DNA of 24,000 bases from Candidatus Subterrananammoxibius californiae (GTDB taxonomy: Bacteria > Planctomycetota > Brocadiia > Brocadiales > Subterrananammoxibiaceae), in NCBI GenBank assembly GCA_030586555.1, contig JAURAC010000003.1:84073-108072 (forward strand), written 5' to 3'. The stretch's first letter is position 1. Every line of letters begins with the position of its first letter. Position numbers and translations under genes: made by a program. Below are positions 8,137-14,772 of the stretch, one piece after another. The notes under the pieces are model-generated. The model had not been told where the DNA came from. It made no database searches and worked only from the letters and a program-made list of their open reading frames with translations.

Positions 8137-8506
8137 ACGCTATTACCCAGAAGAAAATAATAAGTATTATAAACAGGAATGCAGCTGGTTCGGTGGGTTT
8201 AAATGGTTTGAAAAGGTCAAGAGCTCTCTCGAAAAAGCTAATCAAAAGGACAACGAAAAATGAGAAAAATAGAGGAATGCTATATTTTTTGATTCTGTAC
8301 CAGAAACCTCCCTTCCGGTTTTGGCATACGTTTGCAAAACTCTGGGCAAGTAAGACTACCGCTATTCCACACAAGAAAAGGAGTGCAATTGCATATCTGA
8401 GCGGAAAGTCTGGTGATAAAGATTCTTTGGGCGAAGGTTTTTCAAGAATGATATACGTTAACCAGACTGCAATAAATGCACCGAAGAAATGATTAATTGC
8501 ACCCAC
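8084..8506 (-). CDS. Small integral membrane protein (4 predicted TM helices), function unknown
   Basis: 140-aa ORF with a GTG start at 8506. A perfect SD precedes it (AAAGGAGG, then a 6-nt spacer, read on the minus strand). There are four hydrophobic stretches. It is the first gene of the operon divergent from mraZ. Confidence 0.6.
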   Translation of the reverse strand: MGAINHFFGAFIAVWLTYIILEKPSPKESLSPDFPLRYAIALLFLCGIAVVLLAQSFANVCQNRKGGFWYRIKKYSIPLFFSFFVVLLISFFERALDLFKPFKPTEPAAFLFIILIIFFWVIAFEKMVFWDKRWRDSEHK

Positions 8507-8593
8507 TAATTTCCTCCTTTTTCAGCTCTATTAAAAGTTATTTAGTAACCATGTACTTAAAGAAGTTAAGAAGTATAGAGTTGAACTATTTTA

Positions 8594-8617
8594 TCCCACC
8601 CCCCCCACTTCATCCCA
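8594..8617 (-). promoter_or_regulatory. Putative MraZ operator, mirror copy: three TGGGN boxes on the minus strand
   Basis: The minus strand reads TGGGA-tgaag-TGGGG-gggg-TGGGA, with boxes at 8617-8613, 8607-8603 and 8598-8594. It lies about 90-110 nt upstream of the GTG at 8506. Confidence 0.5.
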
Positions 8618-8632
8618 CATTGTAACACTTAA

Positions 8633-8659
8633 TTTATACCTTTTTTTCGTCATTGTCAA
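8633..8659 (-). promoter_or_regulatory. Putative sigma70-type promoter for the divergent operon
   Basis: The minus strand reads TTGACA (8659-8654), a 15-nt spacer, then TATAAA (8638-8633). The spacer is short. The module is colinear with the mraZ promoter module. Confidence 0.45.
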
Positions 8660-8718
8660 GAAATTTTTTATAGGCGTTTTCACAAATTTTTTTAAAAATC
8701 CACCACGTTCTAACACTA

Positions 8719-8768
8719 CAATATATTGATGTAATATCTTTTTCTAAGTCAATATATAGTTGATGTAA
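8719..8768 (+). repeat. Direct repeat in the AT-rich divergent spacer
   Basis: CAATATATTGATGTAA (8719-8734) and CAATATATAGTTGATGTAA (8750-8768). Confidence 0.6.
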
Positions 8769-8811
8769 AAATATACAAAAAAATTTTCTAAAAATAATAA
8801 TAAAATTTTTC

Positions 8812-8839
8812 TTGACAAAGGAGAAAAAAGGTTTATAAA
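8812..8839 (+). promoter_or_regulatory. Putative Pmra-like promoter of the dcw cluster
   Basis: TTGACA (8812-8817), a 16-nt spacer, then TATAAA (8834-8839), 42 nt upstream of the mraZ ATG. Confidence 0.55.
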
Positions 8840-8855
8840 GGCAAGTGTTATATTG

Positions 8856-8880
8856 TGGCAAAAAGTGGGGAGAAATGGGG
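8856..8880 (+). promoter_or_regulatory. Putative MraZ operator: three TGGNN boxes at exact 10-bp phasing
   Basis: TGGCA (8856), TGGGG (8866) and TGGGG (8876), each followed by a 5-nt spacer. The last box abuts the mraZ ATG at 8881. This matches the TGGGN direct-repeat operator described for E. coli MraZ. Confidence 0.6.
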
Positions 8881-9312
8881 ATGCTCACGGGAACCTTCTG
8901 TCACGCCTTAGACGAAAAAAACCGTTTATCCATTCCATCCAAATGGAGAAAAGACCTCGAAAAGGATGGAAAGGAAGTATACGTCACTCCTGGTTTGGAT
9001 CAATGTCTTTTCATATTGTCCTCTCTTCAGTTTGAAGAACTCGCACAAAAGGTCAAACAGCTTCCTTTTACAAAGGAAAATGTGCGGTCCTTTTTGCGGC
9101 TCTTTTTTTCCAAAGCTTCTCCGCCCCTTGAATTTGACAAACAGGGCAGAATCTTAATACCTCAGTTTTTAAAAGACCATGCCGAGATTGATAAGGAAAT
9201 AGTCCTCGTTGGTGTATACGACAGGATTGAAGCATGGAACCCAAAACTCTGGGATAGTTTCAACTCACAAAAGGAGGGGTCTTTTGAAAAGATTGCAGAA
9301 ACCCTCTTTTAA
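8881..9312 (+). CDS. mraZ: Transcriptional regulator MraZ
   Basis: MLTGTFCHALDEKNRLSIPSKWRKDL plus a second half-repeat FDKQGRILIPQFLKDH, giving the duplicated DxxxR MraZ/SpoVT-AbrB fold. The track start at 8845 is an upstream extension. Confidence 0.9.
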   Translation: MLTGTFCHALDEKNRLSIPSKWRKDLEKDGKEVYVTPGLDQCLFILSSLQFEELAQKVKQLPFTKENVRSFLRLFFSKASPPLEFDKQGRILIPQFLKDHAEIDKEIVLVGVYDRIEAWNPKLWDSFNSQKEGSFEKIAETLF

Positions 9313-9355
9313 GTCTTCATCTGAACAAGAAGTCCTTTTGTTTTTTATTATATTT

Positions 9356-10279
9356 ATGATGTCAGGGACGATTAAAAATATACCCATCCATAAACCAGTG
9401 ATGGTCGAGGAAGTCCTGGGATTTCTCAGACCACAGCCGGGTAAAATTATTGTTGATTGTACAATAGGGACTGGAGGGCATGCAAGTGAAATCTTGAAAA
9501 GAATTGAGCCCGGAGGGATATTAATTGGAATTGATAAAGACGAAGAAATGTTAAAAATAGCAAAAGAACGCCTTGGGGCTATTGGCAATTCCTTCAGGCT
9601 TTTTCATGCAGACTATGCTAACTTAGGGCTTGTTTTAAAGGAGGCAAATATTGAAAGGGTTGATGGAGCGCTTCTGGACCTCGGTGTTTCCTCACCTCAA
9701 CTGGAGATACCTGAACGAGGTTTTAGTTTTGATAAGGAAGGTCCTCTTGATATGAGAATGGACAGGTCGGGAGGTATTACAGCCTCTAATTTGCTTGGGA
9801 AACTTTCTGAGAGGGAAATGGAGATTACCTTCAGGAGATACGGCGAGGAACGCTGGTCAAGAAGGATTGCTCGGGTTATCCTTCGAGAACGGAGTAAAAG
9901 CCGTATTGAGACAACTACGCAACTGGCAAATATAATAGAGCGTGTGGTACCTCCTGTCCGCCCAAAAGCTGGCGGACGTGGAAGGATTCATCCGGCAACG
10001 CGTGTTTTTCAAGCCCTTCGTATCGCCGTAAATAAGGAACTTGAAAGCCTTGAGTATTTGTTAAATCATGTGCACGAGTTTCTAACTACAGGCGCACGCA
10101 TTGTGGTCATAAGTTTTCACTCTTTAGAAGACCGTATCGTAAAAAATGCCTTTCGCAATGGCGCTCAGGATTCGAACCTAAAAATTTTGACCCAAAAACC
10201 TCTGATGCCACGAAGTGCAGAAGTTATTGAAAACATTAGAAGTAGGAGCGCAAAACTTCGTGTGGCGGAAAGGGTCTAA
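9356..10279 (+). CDS. rsmH: 16S rRNA (cytosine1402-N4)-methyltransferase
   Basis: HKPVMVEEVL, TIGTGGHA, DLGVSSPQL, HPATRVFQALRIAVN and SFHSLEDRIVK motifs. The track start at 9209 overlaps mraZ; the ATG at 9356/9359 gives a typical ~307-aa protein. Confidence 0.9.
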   Translation: MMSGTIKNIPIHKPVMVEEVLGFLRPQPGKIIVDCTIGTGGHASEILKRIEPGGILIGIDKDEEMLKIAKERLGAIGNSFRLFHADYANLGLVLKEANIERVDGALLDLGVSSPQLEIPERGFSFDKEGPLDMRMDRSGGITASNLLGKLSEREMEITFRRYGEERWSRRIARVILRERSKSRIETTTQLANIIERVVPPVRPKAGGRGRIHPATRVFQALRIAVNKELESLEYLLNHVHEFLTTGARIVVISFHSLEDRIVKNAFRNGAQDSNLKILTQKPLMPRSAEVIENIRSRSAKLRVAERV

Positions 10280-10286
10280 AGGAATA

Positions 10287-10673
10287 ATGATTAGTAAATT
10301 CTTGCCTTTGGTAGGAATTACTGTTATAATGACACTATTTATTGTATGGGAACAAGTTCAGACTACAAAATGTGGTTATAAGGTGGCAGAACTGCAAAAG
10401 AAGATAACCGACCTTCAGGAGAAAAACAGAAGGCTTGAGTGTCAGGTAAGCGCCCTGAAAAAACCCGAGCGGGTTGTCAATGCAATTCAATCCATGGGGA
10501 TTGACCTTGCGCAACCCTTAGAGAATAAAGATATGATAGCAAAGACAAAACAGCCCGGTCCTCAGAGGGGTCGAACAACTAATACTATCGTTGCTTCTGC
10601 CAGAGCCGAGCTTGGCCCCCTCGGCAGAGGCAAAGAGGTGAAAAAGCAAAAAGGTGGAAAGGTAAAGAGGTAA
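10287..10673 (+). CDS. ftsL: FtsL-like cell division protein (single TM plus coiled coil) with a basic low-complexity tail
   Basis: It sits in the position of ftsL. It has a TM segment (FLPLVGITVIMTLFIVW) followed by a coiled coil (VAELQKKITDLQEKNRRLECQVSALKKPERV). The start is the ATG at 10287, just after the rsmH stop. Confidence 0.65.
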   Translation: MISKFLPLVGITVIMTLFIVWEQVQTTKCGYKVAELQKKITDLQEKNRRLECQVSALKKPERVVNAIQSMGIDLAQPLENKDMIAKTKQPGPQRGRTTNTIVASARAELGPLGRGKEVKKQKGGKVKR

Positions 10674-10703
10674 AAAAGAGCCTTTCAACCTTTGGTGCAT
10701 TAT

Positions 10704-12419
10704 ATGTTCTCAAAGTCATTTAAAATCAGGTTATCAGCAATTGGAATATTCCTAATAATTGCGTACATCGCACTGGGGGTTCAATTAGTTCGGATACAAC
10801 TGTTTGACTATGAGAAATATTCCAGGATGGCAGAGGCTCAACACAATAAGAGGATTGAGCTGACTGCGCATCGGGGACCTATCCTTGATTGTAAGGGGAG
10901 GAAACTTGCAGCATCCCTAATCCTTTGCTCGGTATTTGCCAATCCCACAGAGGTGCAGGAAAAACCCAGAACCGCCCACTTATTGGCAAAAACCCTTCGC
11001 TTAGACGTATCTCGGGTGCTGAAGTTATTGGAAAAGGAAAAGAAATTTGTATGGATAAAGAGGAAGATAACTGAGGACGAAGCCTCAGCAATTGAGAAAC
11101 TAAACTTACAAGGCATCGGTTGCAGGGAAGAAACAGACCGATTCTATCCTAACGGAACGCTTTGCAGCCAGGTAGTTGGTTTTGTAGATATTGACGGAAA
11201 AGGGTTAGAGGGTATCGAGCTCGCCTTTGATAATATCCTTTCGGGTGAAAGCGGCTATAGGTTGCTTCGAAGGGACGCCCTCCAGCGCCACCTCTCGACC
11301 CTTGAGGGGAAAACCCAGACCCCCAGACACGGCGATGGGATAATGTTAACAATAGATGCTGTAATCCAGACCATTGTGGAGGATGCACTTAGAAAGGCTT
11401 GTGAAACCTATCGTCCAATTTCCGCAATCGCCATTGCGATGGTTCCTTCAACCGGGGATATCCTTGCTATGGCTAATCTACCTTCTTATGACCCGAACTT
11501 CTTCTGGAGATATTCCCCCGATGAGTGGCGAAGTCGTGCAGTTACCGATTGCTATGAGCCTGGCTCCCTTCTTAAACCTGTTGTTGCATCTGGAGCGCTT
11601 GAATACGGACTGGCTACACCAGAGGATGTCTTCTTCTGTCATAATGGGGTATATACAATTGGTAAAAGAACGCTTCACGACGTTCACGAGTACGGAAGGC
11701 TTACTTTGGCTGAAATCCTTATCAAATCGAGTAATATAGGAATGGCAAAATTGGGGATGCTCATGGGGCAAGAAAAGCTTTATCATCACTTGCGCAAATT
11801 CGGTTTCGGAGAGAAAACTAATGTAGAACTTCCAGGGGAAATCAGTGGTACGGTACGGCCTCTCAGGGCATGGTCCTATTACTCGGTAACATCAATTCCA
11901 ATGGGACACGAAATAGCGGTTACCCCTTTACAGATTCTTACCGCCTTTTGCGCTATTGCCAATGGTGGGGAGCTTCTGCGTCCTCGAATTGTACGAGCTA
12001 TTACTGAAAGCAACGGCAAGACAATTAAAAGAGAGTTTACTACACCCACGAAGATACGGCGCGTAATAAGTTCTACTGTTGCCAATGACACAATGACCCC
12101 AATACTCTCAAGAGTGGTAAAAGATGGAACAGGGAAAAAGGTTGATATGCCAGAGTACGAGGTTGCTGGTAAAACAGGAACGGCACAGAAATTACTGCCG
12201 GGTGGAAGGGGATATACTGCATCCAAATATATAAGTTCATTTATTGGATACGCCCCTGCAAACCATCCCGAAATATGTGTGCTTGTTATATTAGATGAAC
12301 CAAGAAGTGGCGCTTATTATGGAGGAACGGTTGCAGCGCCTGCTGTACGAGAAATAATAAGGAAGTCATTAGATTACATGGGAGTTAAGCCTCAGGGCGT
12401 GCTTCCACCAACCTCTTAA
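10704..12419 (+). CDS. ftsI: Peptidoglycan D,D-transpeptidase (class B PBP, FtsI type)
   Basis: N-terminal TM segment, a PBP dimerisation region, and the transpeptidase motifs SLLK (SxxK), SSN (SxN) and KTGT. The ATG at 10704 is preferred over the TTG at 10692. Confidence 0.9.
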   Translation: MFSKSFKIRLSAIGIFLIIAYIALGVQLVRIQLFDYEKYSRMAEAQHNKRIELTAHRGPILDCKGRKLAASLILCSVFANPTEVQEKPRTAHLLAKTLRLDVSRVLKLLEKEKKFVWIKRKITEDEASAIEKLNLQGIGCREETDRFYPNGTLCSQVVGFVDIDGKGLEGIELAFDNILSGESGYRLLRRDALQRHLSTLEGKTQTPRHGDGIMLTIDAVIQTIVEDALRKACETYRPISAIAIAMVPSTGDILAMANLPSYDPNFFWRYSPDEWRSRAVTDCYEPGSLLKPVVASGALEYGLATPEDVFFCHNGVYTIGKRTLHDVHEYGRLTLAEILIKSSNIGMAKLGMLMGQEKLYHHLRKFGFGEKTNVELPGEISGTVRPLRAWSYYSVTSIPMGHEIAVTPLQILTAFCAIANGGELLRPRIVRAITESNGKTIKREFTTPTKIRRVISSTVANDTMTPILSRVVKDGTGKKVDMPEYEVAGKTGTAQKLLPGGRGYTASKYISSFIGYAPANHPEICVLVILDEPRSGAYYGGTVAAPAVREIIRKSLDYMGVKPQGVLPPTS

Positions 12420-12454
12420 AATGGGATGTGTCCCTATTAAAGGGAGGCGAAAAA

Positions 12455-12886
12455 ATGTGTTACATTGATACAGTAAAAGAACTGATTTCACTTACCAATA
12501 CATACAATCTGGTAGAAATTGAGATACACCAGGATATGACACGGATACGCATTAAAAAGAATGGTGCAGGCCGGCTAATAAGTAATCAGGATTGTAGAGA
12601 CGCAATGCCTTGCGTCTCTACAGAAGAGTTTCCAACAGAAAGCTGTGTAATTACCTCTCCTATGGTCGGCACTTTTTATAGAGCTCTCAGTCCAGGGTCA
12701 AAGCCTTTTATTGATATCGGCTCAGAAGTTAATTCTGAAAAGGTAGTGGGTGTTATTGAAACGATGAAAATAATAAATGAGGTTAGTGCAGGCGTAACAG
12801 GGAGGGTAGTTGAGGTCTTTGTTGAGGATGGCGAGGCTGTAGAGTTCGGTCAGCCGCTCTTTCGTGTACAACAAACACACACGTGA
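12455..12886 (+). CDS. accB: Biotin carboxyl carrier protein-like (biotinyl/lipoyl domain) protein
   Basis: SPMVGTFYRA...VGVIETMKIINEVSAGVTGRVVEVFVEDGEAVEFGQPLFRV is a BCCP biotinyl domain with ETMK in place of the usual EAMK. The N-terminus resembles AccB (LVEIEIHQDMTRIRIKK). A GGGAGG SD lies 7 nt before the ATG at 12455. Confidence 0.7.
   Translation: MCYIDTVKELISLTNTYNLVEIEIHQDMTRIRIKKNGAGRLISNQDCRDAMPCVSTEEFPTESCVITSPMVGTFYRALSPGSKPFIDIGSEVNSEKVVGVIETMKIINEVSAGVTGRVVEVFVEDGEAVEFGQPLFRVQQTHT
12593..12622. repeat. GTAG-family palindrome inside the accB-like gene
   Basis: TGTAGAGACGCAA-tgcc-TTGCGTCTCTACA with 13-bp perfect arms. It is read as CRDAMPCVST in the linker between the N-terminal and biotinyl domains. 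Confidence 0.85.
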
Positions 12887-12924
12887 AAAGCATCCGCCTG
12901 AGGCGGGTCGAACTTGCTTTTCAC
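12883..12924. repeat. Compound hairpin in the accB-murE spacer
   Basis: GTGAAAAGCA (12883-12892) pairs with TGCTTTTCAC (12915-12924). These enclose CCGCC-tga-GGCGG (12894-12906) and GGGTCGAACT (12905-12914). No U-tract follows. Confidence 0.7.
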
Positions 12925-12931
12925 TCCCCCG

Positions 12932-12950
12932 ACCCAAGCACTGCTTGGGT
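12932..12950. repeat. 19-nt palindrome ACCCAAGCA-c-TGCTTGGGT
   Basis: Perfect 9-bp arms. It is followed by CCCCG-N9-CGGGG (12952-12970). Confidence 0.7.
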
Positions 12951-12976
12951 GCCCCGAAGAGAAGACGGGGGTGTGT

Positions 12977-12996
12977 CCTTTTGAAAAAGGTGAGAG
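12977..12996 (+). promoter_or_regulatory. Conserved leader motif upstream of murE (CCTTTT-ga-AAAAGG-TGAGAG)
   Basis: A hairpin plus purine tract. AAAGGT begins exactly 21 nt before the ATG at 13007. Confidence 0.5.
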
Positions 12997-13006
12997 AAGT
13001 GTTTGT

Positions 13007-14476
13007 ATGAAACTTAGCAAATTGCGCTCATATCTGTTAAACGTTAAGAGCTACGACTTCAACGATAGGGATATAAATGGAATTGTTCATGACTCTCGTC
13101 GTGCTAATCAAGGATGTCTATTTGTAGCAATAAAGGGGTATAGTGTTGACGGGCATAATTTTGCAATGAATGCCATTGAACGGGGCGCTATTGCATTAGT
13201 CACCGAAAAGAAACTTGAACTCCTTTCTGGTACCCCACAGTTAGTTGTTTCTGATACAAGGAAAGCACTCTCTACACTCAGCCATTATTTCTATGCTGAG
13301 CCATCCTCAAAAATCATCGTAACGGGCATAACAGGTACAAATGGCAAAACCACCACATCATATTTAATCAAATCCATTATTGAAAGCGCTGGCGCACAAG
13401 CTGGTCTTATTGGCACGATTCTTTATCAAATCAATCAAAGGCTTATACCCTCAATCGAGACAACCCCAGAATCACTTGAACTACATGCCTTCCTTGCAGA
13501 GATGCTGGGTTTTGACATAAAATATGCGGTAATGGAGGTTTCATCACATGCACTTGCTCAATACAGAACGAGAGATATAAACTTTAGTACTGCAGTTTTT
13601 ACGAACCTATCCCATGACCACCTTGACTACCATCGTACTGTTACAGCGTATCGAGATGCCAAGGCACGATTATTTGAGTGCCTGAGCCATAAGTCTTTTG
13701 CAATCTTGAACGCTGATGAACAAAATAGCAAACACTTTGCAAGCAGAACACAGGCTCAAATAATCTGGTACGGCATGAAAAATAGGGCGGAAGTAACAGC
13801 AGAAGTAATTTCCCAGACCATTAATAATACAAAATTCAGGTTGTGTTGCCCAAGGGGGGAGGTGATTATAAATTCGCATCTTATAGGCAACCATAACGTA
13901 TACAACGCCCTCGCAGCATCAGCTAATGCACTAGCTCTTGGCTTCGACCTCGAAACGATAAAGAAAGGCATCGAAGCTGTCCCCTCAGTCCGCGGCAGGT
14001 TAGAAACCGTTGAGTGTGGTCAAAGTTTCCGAGTTTTCATAGATTTTGCCCACACACCTGATGCACTTCAAACCGTCCTTACTACATTAAGACCGTTAAC
14101 GAAGGGACGTATTATACTTGTATTCGGCTGCGGGGGGGACAGGGACAGAGAAAAACGTCCGAAGATGGGACGCATTGCAGAAAAATATTCTGACTTATTC
14201 TGGATAACCAGCGACAATCCACGTTCAGAAGACCCTGTAAGTATCATTAATGAAATCGAGGCAGGAATAACCTCTGGAAGTTATTACCACGTACAGCCAG
14301 ACCGTAGGCTTGCAATAGAGGAAGCGCTTTCCGAGGCTAAAAAGAGTGACACAGTTCTTATCGCAGGGAAAGGGCATGAAAGGTGCCAGATTTTTAATAG
14401 CACGGTGATCCCTTTTGATGATAGGGATGTTGTTAAAAAGATACTTGTAGGGGCACGACAAGCCGTGCCACTGTAA
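13007..14476 (+). CDS. murE: UDP-N-acetylmuramoyl-L-alanyl-D-glutamate--2,6-diaminopimelate ligase
   Basis: GITGTNGKTTT P-loop, GCGGDRDREKRPKMG, and a DNPR motif (typical of meso-DAP-adding MurE). The track start at 12914 reads through spacer hairpins; the ATG at 13007 gives 489 aa. Confidence 0.9.
   Translation: MKLSKLRSYLLNVKSYDFNDRDINGIVHDSRRANQGCLFVAIKGYSVDGHNFAMNAIERGAIALVTEKKLELLSGTPQLVVSDTRKALSTLSHYFYAEPSSKIIVTGITGTNGKTTTSYLIKSIIESAGAQAGLIGTILYQINQRLIPSIETTPESLELHAFLAEMLGFDIKYAVMEVSSHALAQYRTRDINFSTAVFTNLSHDHLDYHRTVTAYRDAKARLFECLSHKSFAILNADEQNSKHFASRTQAQIIWYGMKNRAEVTAEVISQTINNTKFRLCCPRGEVIINSHLIGNHNVYNALAASANALALGFDLETIKKGIEAVPSVRGRLETVECGQSFRVFIDFAHTPDALQTVLTTLRPLTKGRIILVFGCGGDRDREKRPKMGRIAEKYSDLFWITSDNPRSEDPVSIINEIEAGITSGSYYHVQPDRRLAIEEALSEAKKSDTVLIAGKGHERCQIFNSTVIPFDDRDVVKKILVGARQAVPL
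14447..14474. repeat. Degenerate GTAG-family palindrome forming the last codons of murE
   Basis: GTAGGGGCACG-acaagc-CGTGCCaCTgt, translated as VGARQAVPL followed by the stop. Confidence 0.55.
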
Positions 14477-14477
14477 A

Positions 14478-14500
14478 TTTTTCAAAAAAGGAGAATGGGA
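14478..14500 (+). promoter_or_regulatory. Leader motif variant upstream of the small ORF (TTTTT-c-AAAAAAGG-AGAATGGGAGAA)
   Basis: AAAGGA begins 21 nt before the ATG at 14508, the same spacing as at murE and mraY. Confidence 0.4.
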
Positions 14501-14507
14501 GAAAAGA

Positions 14508-14696
14508 ATGGTCATAAGGTGCTCTGTATGCAAAAAGATTAAGAAATTTGGCAAGTGGATTGAGGTACCTAAACCTCTTGAAGAAGAAATGAAAGAAGTT
14601 CCTGTCCTTTTAGTTCTTTGTGAAGACTGTAGAAAGGAGACATCTACCGTCATAAATCCGCCGGACACCGCAAAATACAGGGCAGTTTGTTTTTAA
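14508..14696 (+). CDS. Small zinc-ribbon-like protein (CxxC...CxxC), 62 aa, function unknown
   Basis: MVIRCSVCKK...LVLCEDCRKE has two CxxC pairs about 30 residues apart. It shares the dcw-type leader motif and fills the murE-murF gap. Confidence 0.5.
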   Translation: MVIRCSVCKKIKKFGKWIEVPKPLEEEMKEVPVLLVLCEDCRKETSTVINPPDTAKYRAVCF

Positions 14697-14701
14697 TTGG
14701 G

Positions 14702-14757
14702 CTATAGGCGACAGGTCATAGGTTAACTCCTATTACCCATAGCCAATCACCTACAAT
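14702..14757. repeat. Heptanucleotide array upstream of murF
   Basis: CTATAGG CGACAGG TCATAGG TTAACTC CTATTAC CCATAGC CAATCAC CTACAAT. The outer arms form a dyad (GGCTATAGG with CCCATAGCC). Confidence 0.65.
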
Positions 14758-14772
14758 AAAGGAGACAGCACG

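Noticed and set aside
12883-12970. Calling the spacer hairpins (6070-6089, 12883-12924, 12932-12950, 18611-18634) Rho-independent terminators.
   Set aside because: None is followed by a U-rich tract, and they sit inside what looks like a continuous operon. I report them as structural or repeat elements. Only the 17433-17489 dyad has a trailing T-run, and its stem is weak and AT-rich.
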